This document shows, piece by piece, positions 8,242 to 18,118 of a DNA stretch of 21,070 bases (positions within the stretch are counted from its first letter, which is position 1; each line of letters begins with the position of its first letter). Location: NCBI GenBank assembly GCA_051532035.1, contig JAOPTW010000023.1:1-21070 (forward strand), read 5' to 3'. This DNA comes from Fibrobacterales bacterium (lineage in GTDB: Bacteria; Fibrobacterota; Fibrobacteria; Fibrobacterales; JAOPTW01). Made by a program: the position numbers and the translations under genes. The notes under the pieces were generated by a model. It saw only the letters and a list, made by a program, of their open reading frames with translations, was not told where the DNA came from and searched no databases.

Positions 8242-8790
8242 ATGTTAAAGCTGAAATTTATTTTAATAGTATTGTTACTAATTTTATTTACTGGGTGTGC
8301 CAATAATTCAAAAATGATAAGAAATGATTTTTCCAAAGATTCAAAAGTTGGGAGGTCACTTTTTCGTTCTGGGCAAATGGAAAAGCGGTGGTTTGATGAA
8401 TTTAAGATGTATGCACTTCAATCAATTGGTCAGGATGAAGATCTAACCGAAAATGAGAAAGAGGTCCGGAGTGCAGAAATCGAAAAAATGAAGTGGAAAA
8501 AAAATGAGTTTGCTTTCTTCACTATGGTAAATAATGTTCCGATGCTAAAATCAGATCGTGCCGTTAACTTCCAGATTTCTGATAGCATGGGTAAAAATTA
8601 TATTCTTGATGTTAATCTGGTTGAAATGAAAATAACCGAGATATCACAGTATGGATCATATAAAAGTTTTAATTATACTTATGTGATAAATACTACCCCA
8701 ATAGATTTACAGACAATTGAAAATGAAAAAAAACCTGTGAGCCTTAAAATTACATTTAACGACTCTAAAAAAATTGAATATGTATTCTAA
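8242..8790 (+). CDS. Hypothetical lipoprotein
   Basis: GGAG RBS, basic N-terminus, hydrophobic stretch, FTGC lipobox. Confidence 0.85.
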   Translation: MLKLKFILIVLLLILFTGCANNSKMIRNDFSKDSKVGRSLFRSGQMEKRWFDEFKMYALQSIGQDEDLTENEKEVRSAEIEKMKWKKNEFAFFTMVNNVPMLKSDRAVNFQISDSMGKNYILDVNLVEMKITEISQYGSYKSFNYTYVINTTPIDLQTIENEKKPVSLKITFNDSKKIEYVF

Positions 8791-8800
8791 TGGTATTAAT

Positions 8801-8827
8801 GGGACTACTCCTCAATGGAATAGTCCC
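8801..8827. terminator. Hairpin between convergent genes
   Basis: GGGACTACTCC-TCAAT-GGAATAGTCCC. Confidence 0.6.
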
Positions 8828-8876
8828 TATTGGTTTTCTACATAGATATGTTTAGTCACTATACTTATACAATACT

Positions 8877-9416
8877 CTAAAAGTCGCCGAGAGGTATATC
8901 TACTACAGCAAAAAGACCGACATACAGCAACGGATCTGTACTGACTGATGCATGTGCTTTAAGGCCTATACCAACACAATATATTTTTATTCCTCCTTCA
9001 ACATACCCTGAAAGAGTTGGGGTTATTCCAAGACTTTCACTACTCTGATTATCGCCCTGGTAATACCCATCATCATCGCTTGAGGAGTCCATATCAGGGA
9101 ATATATTTAACTCAAATGTTTCCACATTCGCCAGACCTACCCCCAAAGCCATATTGCCAAATAACCAGTCTGACGAAAAACCTTTACCATATAATACTTC
9201 TAACCCTGATACAATATTACCAGTCAATGCTAATGCTCCGTATGCCGTCACACCATATACTGTCTCATTAGATAGGTATTTTACCGAGCCATCCACTCCA
9301 AGGAGTCCATATCCCATACTTACCTGTAAAGATTTGTCGAAATTGAAAAGGTCTGTTTCTGCTGAATACGCCATTGAAAGGCACATAATTGATATTATCA
9401 CTATAAAGTTACGCAT
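8877..9416 (-). CDS. Hypothetical exported protein, probable small outer-membrane beta-barrel
   Basis: ATG 9416 gives a signal peptide (MRNFIVIISIMCLSMAYSA). Gly/aromatic-rich alternating strands and a terminal Phe. Confidence 0.8.
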   Translation of the reverse strand: MRNFIVIISIMCLSMAYSAETDLFNFDKSLQVSMGYGLLGVDGSVKYLSNETVYGVTAYGALALTGNIVSGLEVLYGKGFSSDWLFGNMALGVGLANVETFELNIFPDMDSSSDDDGYYQGDNQSSESLGITPTLSGYVEGGIKIYCVGIGLKAHASVSTDPLLYVGLFAVVDIPLGDF

Positions 9417-9681
9417 AACTACCCCGGTAATTAATAATAAAACATTGAACACTACATATTAGACGCGTTTAAAATGCGAAGTGTTACCATGAGTGAAATA
9501 ATTGTTATTAAAACCCGTTGTAGCTCCGAAATTGATCGATGCCCTTCATATATCGGGAGTAGTTTATAACAAGCTGTTGGGGCGGTATTTACAACCACAT
9601 ATACTATATTTCATAGTACGGATTTGATGTGCTAGCTAATCTGCTCAATATACGGTATACAAGAAAACTCAAGGAGAAGTA

Positions 9682-10182
9682 ATGATCAGGCATCTAATGT
9701 TTTTACTCATTTTAATATGGTCTTCCAATGCTTCTGCAGAACACTCCTTTACTGTACATATACCAACACGAACTGACAATTTAATGGTTGGTTATACATA
9801 TTTTGTTTCTGATTATTTTGTTGAAACTAATGTCGGAATAGATATTAGAGGAACATTCGCCTCCGATCCTGATTATTCTTCTAATGCAGTAAATGTACAG
9901 CTTTATGGTACACTAGGATTTATAACCACATTTTATGACTTACAAGTTTTGTATGGTCTAGGTATGTTTTATAATAGAAGCGAAGTCTATGTTAATCAAC
10001 CTGAGGGTACTCAAGTAAATGATTATTGGGGTGGGGTTTTAGATTCTGATATTCGGAAGAATTTCGAAAATTATTTTCTAAATGCGAAAATTAGAATTCA
10101 TGCTTTCAATACATTTGAGGGTATCGATTTTCAGTACGGTACAAGTGTAACACCGTTTTTTGGTATTGGAACTTACTTTTAG
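9682..10182 (+). CDS. Hypothetical outer-membrane beta-barrel protein
   Basis: AAGGAG RBS, signal peptide ending ASA, C-terminal beta-signal-like FFGIGTYF. Confidence 0.85.
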   Translation: MIRHLMFLLILIWSSNASAEHSFTVHIPTRTDNLMVGYTYFVSDYFVETNVGIDIRGTFASDPDYSSNAVNVQLYGTLGFITTFYDLQVLYGLGMFYNRSEVYVNQPEGTQVNDYWGGVLDSDIRKNFENYFLNAKIRIHAFNTFEGIDFQYGTSVTPFFGIGTYF

Positions 10183-10237
10183 TATTCACTTTCTAAGGTG
10201 AAGAAGGAAATCCCTGCAGAGGTTTCTATATAAAAAG

Positions 10238-10262
10238 AGGGTGCTATCGATTGATGCACCCT
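10238..10262. terminator. Hairpin between convergent genes
   Basis: AGGGTGC(T)ATC-GATT-GATGCACCCT with a preceding A-tract. Confidence 0.6.
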
Positions 10263-10330
10263 TCTTAGTAATGTAGCTTTAGTGAAAACTGAGTTAAGCC
10301 TTTCTAAGCATTGTTAGGGGCGGACTACAA

Positions 10331-10834
10331 TTAGTCCCAATCCCAGTCATGATCATCGTCATCATCACCAGAAGAGCAGACCTTTGAAGTCCATGCTATT
10401 TTTACTCGAATAAGTTTATTGGTAGGTTCAATCACTAATCTGTTGTTTGCTGATTTTGGGCCCATAGTGAGCCCGTTGCCTACATTACAGTAAAGTTTGG
10501 GGTGATCAGAAATGTTGTCAACAATTGTCCAGGTTGTGTCGGTTTCAGATTCAACTCTTTCATCTATAACAAATGCTGGGCAATGTTTTGCATTCAGAAA
10601 GATTGTCCTCCCTGTTGAATCTGTTTCAAAATAGTTTTTTTCAACATAGGCATCGTAGTCTGTATTTGAAGGGCGCGAATAAAATGAGCCCGACTCCCAA
10701 GTTCCTGAACGCTCTTCATAATAGCCTAGTACTGTGGATCTTTCTACATCCGAACACTCTTCTTGTGTATCTACATCAAGACATGAAATAGATAGAATTG
10801 AAAGTATACAAAGGAGAAGTAATTTTGTTTTCAT
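10331..10834 (-). CDS. Hypothetical lipoprotein
   Basis: ATG 10834 gives MKTKLLLLCILSILSISC (lipobox-like). Acidic DDDDDHDWDWD tail. Confidence 0.8.
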   Translation of the reverse strand: MKTKLLLLCILSILSISCLDVDTQEECSDVERSTVLGYYEERSGTWESGSFYSRPSNTDYDAYVEKNYFETDSTGRTIFLNAKHCPAFVIDERVESETDTTWTIVDNISDHPKLYCNVGNGLTMGPKSANNRLVIEPTNKLIRVKIAWTSKVCSSGDDDDDHDWDWD

Positions 10835-10916
10835 AAGGTAGCCCTTTGGTTTAACGTTTATTGAATTTAGTAAAATATAGATCGATGAGGGGGCGTGCAT
10901 ATATTGTTAGATGGTT

Positions 10917-11684
10917 CTAGTTCTGTAGGCACCGTATTGAATAGGCGGTTGACTTTGTATTGGTGCCGCCATAAAGGGTACTGCGATCAAAAAGGATGTA
11001 TAAGGAGTGTGCTTTATCTTCATACAGGGCGCCTTGTGTAGCGATCCACCAATATCCATCGCCATCAACATACTTAAAGCTTGCGCCAGAGTCTCTAAGG
11101 CCACCGGGTAATGCAGAAAAGCCGTAATCATCTGTTCCGTTTCCTTCTGACTCACTCGTATCCCAGCCCGATGTTGTTTTTAGAAAATATCCGAGGCTGG
11201 TTGGTACAGAATCAATGTTTTTATCTTGTATTATGAAATCGGCCAATATTTGATAGTCGTTGTAGCTTGGGATGTGCCAACCATCTGGGCATGCACCTTG
11301 ATGCTGATAGTCGTTCTCTGTCCATTCACTGCTGTTATAACTCGTATCAATCTCCATGGCGGCAGCCCAATTATAGAGTCTACCATAGGTGTCGCAGTAG
11401 CTTGGCTCGTTATTGGCACAGTAGCTCCCCCTGAGAACAATATGGTTTAAATTTTCTGCCATCCACACTTGAGTTCCAATAGTGGTCATTTTATAGGTCT
11501 GGTTATCCCTAGTGTCGGTAAAGGTAAGTCGAGTGTCGGATGAGCTTAGGGGATTGTTGCTTTCATTAGGTTGTGCGCTAGAAAGTTCTGTTGAGTTGGT
11601 TCTGTTTTTTGTATCAAAAAAGCATGATTGCATACAGGTTAGAACTACTGTGATCAGAATTATAGTTGGCGTTGGGGATTGCAT
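10917..11684 (-). CDS. FISUMP / Fib_succ_major domain lipoprotein
   Basis: Signature motifs FTDTRDNQTYK..IGTQVWMAENLN, YGRLYNWAAAM, QGACPDGWHIPS, NGTDDYGFSALPGG, SIRCL. MQSC lipobox and Ser-rich linker. Confidence 0.95.
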   Translation of the reverse strand: MQSPTPTIILITVVLTCMQSCFFDTKNRTNSTELSSAQPNESNNPLSSSDTRLTFTDTRDNQTYKMTTIGTQVWMAENLNHIVLRGSYCANNEPSYCDTYGRLYNWAAAMEIDTSYNSSEWTENDYQHQGACPDGWHIPSYNDYQILADFIIQDKNIDSVPTSLGYFLKTTSGWDTSESEGNGTDDYGFSALPGGLRDSGASFKYVDGDGYWWIATQGALYEDKAHSLYILFDRSTLYGGTNTKSTAYSIRCLQN

Positions 11685-11817
11685 TATCTTCTACCTTCTC
11701 TTTATAGGTACTTAAAATTATAAAATGTTTTTGTAGTTATTGGCATAATGTGGTGGTGTTGAGGTGCTTGATGTGGATAGGTGTAGCGCATTGAAAGAAA
11801 AATTCAAAATGTCAATG

Positions 11818-11842
11818 AGCCAAAAACGTCCTGTTTTTGGCT
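11818..11842. terminator. Perfect 10-bp hairpin
   Basis: AGCCAAAAAC-GTCCT-GTTTTTGGCT, downstream of the 11931..12995 gene. Confidence 0.5.
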
Positions 11843-11930
11843 TTGGCTTTATATTCTTTAAAAGAATAATTTCACACAATGGGGTGTTTTACTATGGTAA
11901 ATTGCTCACCTATGATTTGCTTTAGAACAG

Positions 11931-12995
11931 TTATTTCTTTATTCTAAATAGATCCATCAAGGCGTTTTCCATAGTATAAAGGCCCTTGTGACCTTTAGGA
12001 GGAATGGGGACTAAAAATATTCGAGTATGCCCTGGGAAACCAGGATTTGGATCCAATTTAGCTTTAAATTTAACTTTATTTAATGCTAAATTATTATTCA
12101 ACTTTAAATAGTAATCCCTGGTTCGTTGATTTTTTACCGAGTCTATTGAAATTGTTACTGTATCCCCTGATATAGCTTTACTATCAAAGAAATTATAACA
12201 GACAAGCCTGGTAAAACTCTTTAAAAGAAGTGTGTCTCTTACAGGATAATCAAAGACAATTTCAGGATTATTAAACTTATTAAAACCCTGGGTGTGTACT
12301 CTGACTTTTTGAGATTTAGCATCTAATACATTTATATGTGTTGTGGTATAATCATCTAGAACTAAACTAGTACTTCGCTTAACCATCAAGCTATCCCATC
12401 CAGAAGAAGAATATAGTCGTGGATTCACGTAGTTACCAATTGAAACAATGCCACCTATTGCTGATGAAAAATCTGACACAACTTGTTCTGCCTGATTAAT
12501 ATCTCGAGCTTTAGTAGAATCGTCATAAGCAAATGTTAAACCGATATATTGTGGATCATAAGTATAAACAGCGAGGTCTTTTTCAGTCATCCCATGCGTT
12601 AAAATCATATGTGCTTCTTCAGTGCGAATAGCCCATTTATACCTTAATTTAACACAATTTGTACAATCTTCGTTTCTGTTTTGAACGTTAAACTTCCTTG
12701 AATGGAGTTTAAGTATTTTAATTAATGATTCTTTAGTTGCATCAATTTTCTTGCGCCGCTCCCTTGAACTTTTAATTGCTTTTTTCCACATGTTTTTAGA
12801 AAACATGCTGACATGAAAGGTATTTGTACGATTTTGCAAACTATCAATAATGGAAACAACCTTTGCTCTGTCATCTCGTTTAGCCGAATCCGATATTAAA
12901 TTATGCGATATAACTTGATTGTTATCAACAAGTGGCGTGTTTTCTCCCCAAGCCACAACAAAAGTAAAACAAAGAATAATACAGGCTTTAATCAT
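11931..12995 (-). CDS. Hypothetical exported protein (354 aa)
   Basis: GGAG RBS and N-terminal signal peptide. VHTQGFNKFNNPEI is reminiscent of HTxG..KF..P(D/E) blocks of DUF4261-like proteins (weak). Confidence 0.8.
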   Translation of the reverse strand: MIKACIILCFTFVVAWGENTPLVDNNQVISHNLISDSAKRDDRAKVVSIIDSLQNRTNTFHVSMFSKNMWKKAIKSSRERRKKIDATKESLIKILKLHSRKFNVQNRNEDCTNCVKLRYKWAIRTEEAHMILTHGMTEKDLAVYTYDPQYIGLTFAYDDSTKARDINQAEQVVSDFSSAIGGIVSIGNYVNPRLYSSSGWDSLMVKRSTSLVLDDYTTTHINVLDAKSQKVRVHTQGFNKFNNPEIVFDYPVRDTLLLKSFTRLVCYNFFDSKAISGDTVTISIDSVKNQRTRDYYLKLNNNLALNKVKFKAKLDPNPGFPGHTRIFLVPIPPKGHKGLYTMENALMDLFRIKK

Positions 12996-13416
12996 ATTTT
13001 CTCCAAAACAGAGTTTATAAATGAAAGGTAAAGTATGGATAATAATATAATATACCTTAAATCAGTAATCTTCTTACTTTTCAAATGTTTTAGATATTAA
13101 ATATTTGTCGCGGCGCTCCCTCCTCCTAGGTACGCACCGCGTAGACATTTTGAATATTTCAGTATATTGTGTGACATTTGCACCAAGCTTGCATACATCT
13201 ACAATAGAGTCCTCACATTATCATGAAATTGGAGCGCTAAAGAAGTTTTAACCACGCGTATATACCTCTTGACTAGAAATGGGGAGATGAGGATATCAAA
13301 TAGTTTTACCCCTGCTCACAACTTGGGAACAGTAATAGTGGATTGCCCGGGAACTTTATTCAATTACAGAACAGATTACCTATAATTTAAAGATGAATTA
13401 AAGGAAAGAGTCCGCC

Positions 13417-14499
13417 ATGAAATTGCTCTATACACTCATTATTATTTTTTATGTATCAGGATGTATCATCGACACCGATAATGATACAGGGGCCATTTCG
13501 TCATCTGATCAAACGGGCGACTCATCTGCTGGGTACAATGAACAAAGCAAGGGTGATAATAGCCCAACTCCATGGAGCTCCGATCAATTGAGTAGTGATT
13601 CAGAAGGCACACAGAGTTCATCTGAAATAAGCGAGTATCTACCAATAGAAGATGGTAGTATCTATGCTATTAAGTATCACGAGAGACATTTTAATTTTGA
13701 TGGTCCGGCAGATTTCGAGGTTGCAGAGACAGAGGCTGATTTGGATATTATTCTTCAATTATTGGGAGTTGATAGTTTGAAAACGGATAATTATGATCTG
13801 GCGCATCAGAATATCCTCTTCTTGATGACAACTACTTCTTCGGGAATGTGTAACGCGAATTCATCTACCTTTCTTACGAATGATACCGTTGGAATTTCTG
13901 TAAATAAAAGGTGCCCCACAGAAGGAGAGCTTACTGATGATATTGGCATGCATCTTTTTGTGTACGTTGTCGAAGATTCTATCGATGTAATAGTATGGGA
14001 CAAAGGAACGCGTTCTGAATTGATCCCCATGGCTTCTACGATCTTAGAAGATAGAGAATTACCGGTATTTGATTATACTCTGCAGTCTGTATCCTATTAT
14101 CGCCTGACTAAAGAAACTTCGTATGACCATATACCAACAACGGCAATTAAAGATTCTAATGATTTGCAAGTGTTTGTTGATACCTATAGTGACCTATTTG
14201 AAAGGCAGGAGGAGATGTATCTATTTAGAGATATTACCAACCAAGCACGCGCTTTTGATGTGCGCTCTCTTCTGCTCTATCGCCACTCTAATAGTGATGG
14301 GAAATTTGTACAGGTTACTGATGCCTTTTCACGCCGTGATTCACTCTTTGTGCCGGTATCCACCTGGTGTGATGGTGAGTGTTCCAAAGAAGAAATGAGT
14401 GTTCTGGTGCCTCTTATTGTTGACAATGATATTGATCTGTTCTTTCTTGAGATTAATGATAGCTTGATTGTACCCATCGACATGACATCCCAATTTTAA
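13417..14499 (+). CDS. Hypothetical lipoprotein with Ser-rich linker
   Basis: VSGC lipobox, Ser/Asp-rich linker, acidic mature region with Cys pairs. Confidence 0.88.
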   Translation: MKLLYTLIIIFYVSGCIIDTDNDTGAISSSDQTGDSSAGYNEQSKGDNSPTPWSSDQLSSDSEGTQSSSEISEYLPIEDGSIYAIKYHERHFNFDGPADFEVAETEADLDIILQLLGVDSLKTDNYDLAHQNILFLMTTTSSGMCNANSSTFLTNDTVGISVNKRCPTEGELTDDIGMHLFVYVVEDSIDVIVWDKGTRSELIPMASTILEDRELPVFDYTLQSVSYYRLTKETSYDHIPTTAIKDSNDLQVFVDTYSDLFERQEEMYLFRDITNQARAFDVRSLLLYRHSNSDGKFVQVTDAFSRRDSLFVPVSTWCDGECSKEEMSVLVPLIVDNDIDLFFLEINDSLIVPIDMTSQF

Positions 14500-14608
14500 A
14501 TTCACCCGATTGAGTGTCCAGCTAAGCGGTAAAATTTCTCTCCTCAAATACACGCCTAAGCCATTGTATGGCGTTGACTTAACGTCTGTGCTTAATAACT
14601 ATATCCAC

Positions 14609-14710
14609 TGCAAATCAATTTCGTATAGAGTATAGTCTTGAGCAGAGTTGTCTGTTGGCCTCTAGGAAACAAGTATCCCCTTTTGAACCATCGGGAAGCC
14701 ACGAAATAAA
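14609..14710 (+). pseudogene. Two rearranged fragments of the PLD gene
   Basis: 14636-14710 matches 3564-3638 at 71/75. 14609-14631 matches 3822-3844 at 21/23. Confidence 0.85.
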
Positions 14711-14717
14711 TAGATAA

Positions 14718-15746
14718 TTAATTAATACAAAATTCCTCGTCAGGATAATCATAACAAAAGAAAGAACATTCATTTAGTGAGTTATAATTTTCTGCAGTAC
14801 ATAACTCAGTTAAGAGACTGGTATAACAATCTTTAAATTCTGTTCTGGTTTGAGCACCTGTAGAACAATCGCTTGGGTCTGCCTGATTGATTGGGGCGGG
14901 CACTTCAGAGCAGGTATGGTTATTATATTCGTATCGGGTAAAGGATGACTCAGGCCCCAGTGAACTCGTTGATTTAACTCCATCACTTACTCGTGAATAA
15001 CTAAAGCAATCAGTAACGGTGAAACTTGTATCAAAAGCGAACCAAGGTTGGAGGAGGTCTTCTACAATGCAGTTGTACTCAAGTGTTTCAGTCTCGATTA
15101 CCTCATTTGGGGTAATAACCATTGTTAACGTTTTCTTAATATTCATTACAGGTAGTGGATTATTATCACAGTAATAAGGTGCATTAACAAACTGCTTTTT
15201 TTCAACAAACTCCCAAGTACCTATTATCGTAGAAGAATTGCCAATAAACAGATCATACACACACCCGCGTGACCAGTAGAGACTATCACCTGACAGAGTG
15301 AACTGCCTGTTTACGGCATAATCATTATGGAGTACCCACTCATTATTCAGGTTACATTCCATTTTAGTATTTTGGTAGACTATAAGGCTATCATTATACG
15401 AAGTAACTACATTATTTGTTATGGTAGTACCCTGATAGGCATAGGCTGAACTAGCCTGAATTGTTTCTTTATAAGAAGATGAGAGGTCAATGTGCTCGCT
15501 ACTGCTTTGCGGAGTAGCCACTACTGACGATGAACTCGGGATGCCCTCATCAGCTGAAGATACATTAAGTATAGAGCTATGATTAGCTTGGTCGTTCATT
15601 GAACTACTAGAAATTAAACCTACAGAAGAGGATTCGCTGAGCTCATTAATATCACCGGAACCGGTACTGTTAAAACAACTACTTATAAAAAGTAAGATAA
15701 CAGAAAAGCTGACAATAGGAAGGTATTTATTAAAGGTATTATTCAT
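14718..15746 (-). CDS. Hypothetical Cys-rich lipoprotein with Ser-rich linker
   Basis: ISSC lipobox, SSS-rich linker, many Cys in the mature domain, GAGAG upstream. Confidence 0.9.
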   Translation of the reverse strand: MNNTFNKYLPIVSFSVILLFISSCFNSTGSGDINELSESSSVGLISSSSMNDQANHSSILNVSSADEGIPSSSSVVATPQSSSEHIDLSSSYKETIQASSAYAYQGTTITNNVVTSYNDSLIVYQNTKMECNLNNEWVLHNDYAVNRQFTLSGDSLYWSRGCVYDLFIGNSSTIIGTWEFVEKKQFVNAPYYCDNNPLPVMNIKKTLTMVITPNEVIETETLEYNCIVEDLLQPWFAFDTSFTVTDCFSYSRVSDGVKSTSSLGPESSFTRYEYNNHTCSEVPAPINQADPSDCSTGAQTRTEFKDCYTSLLTELCTAENYNSLNECSFFCYDYPDEEFCIN

Positions 15747-15824
15747 GCAGTATATCTCTCATCAATTACTGGATTATATAGTTCAAAATAGACTTTTCAC
15801 ACTGTTTATGTACAAAAAATTCAC

Positions 15825-16013
15825 TTATAGAGGGAGGGTGCCAACCGCTGGGACATATTCCCTGTGGGATGATTGCTGCTCTGCTGAGTCTCCCCTACTA
15901 TCTTTGGCAACTGAACTTCGCGTGTTTTCAGACATGAGTTCTTGGTCTGTAGGAGTTGCGCAGCTTGAAATCAACAAGGCTACAATAAAAATGGGAAAAT
16001 ATAGTGTTCGCAT
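15825..16013 (-). CDS. Very small lipoprotein or truncated lipoprotein gene
   Basis: MRTLYFPIFIVALLISSC lipobox followed by only ~44 low-complexity residues. Confidence 0.5.
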   Translation of the reverse strand: MRTLYFPIFIVALLISSCATPTDQELMSENTRSSVAKDSRGDSAEQQSSHREYVPAVGTLPL

Positions 16014-16149
16014 TAGTTGCTTTTTCACAGAATAGTCATTGAAAAGATACTTATTGTAGGGAAATTTTGAGGTCAGGATGAGGAGGAGGTAAGAACTATG
16101 GAAGTTAAGGTTGAATTAGCTCTCAATAATGGTTGTTTAGAATAGGGCG

Positions 16150-16310
16150 CCATCTTTGGGGCATTTAATTATACGGAGCCTGCTAATCGGACTAACGATG
16201 AGAACATTGGTATTGTGGATGATGTGTTTGAGGATACTGCGGTTTCGCGGGTGATGCGGCAGGAGGTTGCTGTTGTGTGTTGGGATGAGATTGAGCGGTT
16301 CATTACGTAG
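16150..16310 (+). pseudogene. 3' remnant of a second PLD copy
   Basis: 16150-16292 is collinear with 4238-4380 (121/143 identical, no indel) and reads IFGAFNYTEPANRTNDENIGIV. Downstream homology continues through the terminator. Confidence 0.9.
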
Positions 16311-16370
16311 GTTTTTGGAATGAGGGAGAAGTTTTTATGACTGTCCTCTGCCCTTCCCACTCTTATCATC

Positions 16371-16401
16371 AAGTACTCATCTTTCCGATGGGTGCTTTTT
16401 T
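16371..16401 (+). terminator. Copy of the PLD terminator
   Basis: AAGTACTCATC-TTTCC-GATGGGTGCTT plus T-tract. Confidence 0.7.
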
Positions 16402-16631
16402 GTGGGTGGACTATTGTTATTCATAGTGATTTACAGGATGCATGTAGTGTTTGGTCTACTTCTCTAGTTGGCACAAATAGCAAAAGGCGGAAACATTATA
16501 GATGATTTTTTTAATACCACATATTTGCCACGTCCTGTGACAAATAAAAGCGAACCTCAGGTTACTATGTACAATACTTAATCAGATGTTTTAGTATACT
16601 TTATAATAGCCTCTTAAATTATGGAATAACA

Positions 16632-17642
16632 ATGTTTGATGATTTAATAAACGAACTCAATAATCTTGATGGTATGGAAATATCAGTTCCACTTGAAGTC
16701 GATGAAAAAGGATATATCGACAAACAGTGCCCATCAGAAGATTGTGAGTTTAAATTCAAAGTTAATGATGAAGATTGGACGAATATCTTTAAAGATGAAG
16801 TCGTTTGGTGTCCATTATGTCGTCACGAAGCTCCCGCTGATCAATGGTATACTACTGAGCAAGTAGAGCACATTGAAGAGGAGGCGTTTAAAATTACCCA
16901 AGGAAAAATTGATCGAGCTTTGAAAAAGAATGCAGACAATTTTAATAGAAAACAAAAAAAGAGTAGTTTTGTAAATATGTCTATGGAATACAAAGGACCT
17001 CTTGGGAGAACTTATGCGATCCCAGCTGAAGCGGCAGACATTATGCAACTAGAAATACAATGTGACGAATGTTCAGTAAGATTTGCTGTAGTGGGTAGCG
17101 CTTATTTTTGTCCAGCTTGTGGTCATAATTCTGTTATACAAACATTCGATGATTCATTGAGAAAGATACTTGCGAAAAAAAGCAGTATTGATGTAGTTAG
17201 GGCTGCGCTGAATGAGGCGTTTGATAAAGACGCATCTGAGCTAACATGTCGCTCGTTAATTGAAACATGTATATCTGATGGCGTTGTAGCTTTTCAGAAG
17301 TTTTGTGAAGGTATGTATGAACCCTTTGGTAAGCCGCCATTTAATTCTTTTCAACGTCTTGAACAAGGAAGTTCATTGTGGGAAAAGGCCATTTCAAAGA
17401 CGTATGGGGCTTGGCTAAACACTTCTGAATTAGAAATTTTAAATATCATATATCAAAAAAGACATATTCTTCAACATAATGAAGGAATAGTTGATAAACA
17501 ATATATTTCTAAATCTAACGATACAAATTATAAGAATGGACAAAGAATTGTAGTCAGTGAAGGTGATGTTGACTTTCTTTATTCCTGCCTTCAAAAGCTC
17601 AGTCAAGGTATTAAAGAAGCCGTTAATAATTCTAGCAACTAG
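16632..17642 (+). CDS. Zinc-ribbon + HEPN domain protein (candidate RNase effector)
   Basis: CPSEDC...CPLC and CDEC...CPAC Cys pairs. C-terminal RHILQH is an Rx4H HEPN motif followed by NEGIVD. Confidence 0.8.
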   Translation: MFDDLINELNNLDGMEISVPLEVDEKGYIDKQCPSEDCEFKFKVNDEDWTNIFKDEVVWCPLCRHEAPADQWYTTEQVEHIEEEAFKITQGKIDRALKKNADNFNRKQKKSSFVNMSMEYKGPLGRTYAIPAEAADIMQLEIQCDECSVRFAVVGSAYFCPACGHNSVIQTFDDSLRKILAKKSSIDVVRAALNEAFDKDASELTCRSLIETCISDGVVAFQKFCEGMYEPFGKPPFNSFQRLEQGSSLWEKAISKTYGAWLNTSELEILNIIYQKRHILQHNEGIVDKQYISKSNDTNYKNGQRIVVSEGDVDFLYSCLQKLSQGIKEAVNNSSN

Positions 17643-17703
17643 TGCTCCCCCCCCCTCCAGCATTCCTGCATTACGGGCGAGATTGTGGTATTCAAAAAAA
17701 ACC

Positions 17704-17728
17704 GGCTACTTTTACTAAGTAGCCTTTT
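17704..17728 (+). terminator. Probable bidirectional terminator after the HEPN gene
   Basis: A-tract, GGCTACTT-TTACT-AAGTAGCC, TTTT. Confidence 0.65.
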
Positions 17729-17736
17729 GCTACTCG

Positions 17737-17919
17737 TGCCAACAGCGGGGCCAACAATTAACCACTCCTCAATTCGTGAAGTTTAGGCGGTCGCTGAAGC
17801 TCCTCGTCTTCACTGCAACCGATGCAAAGCTTGGGATTCATTGAGTCGTTTTGCTTGCCATTTTCCATAAAGATGAAAATGGTAGCAATTAACTGCTGGC
17901 GATCCCGCAAACGTTGGTG
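17737..17919 (+). mobile_element. attC-like recombination site, copy 2 (183 bp)
   Basis: Begins TGCCAAC and ends GTTGGTG. Same length as, and collinear with, 7679-7861, with compensatory stem changes. Confidence 0.6.
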
Positions 17920-18118
17920 GAAATAAAAATGGATATGGGGTGTTGATTTGGGAGACTTAAATCATTATGCGAGAATGAATTTTTTTTTATTGAAACACCA
18001 ATCTCACATTGGCGTTATTTGCAAAATTAAGAGAGTAATAAATCTACTTGTGTGCTACCCGTCATAAAATCAAATAGTATTATTATATTATGTAAAGGAT
18101 TTAATCGTTATACAAGAT

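Noticed and set aside
15745..16372. ORFs 15745..16035 (+) and 16169..16372 (-)
   Set aside because: The first is antisense to the lipobox-bearing ORF, and the second is antisense to the PLD remnant.
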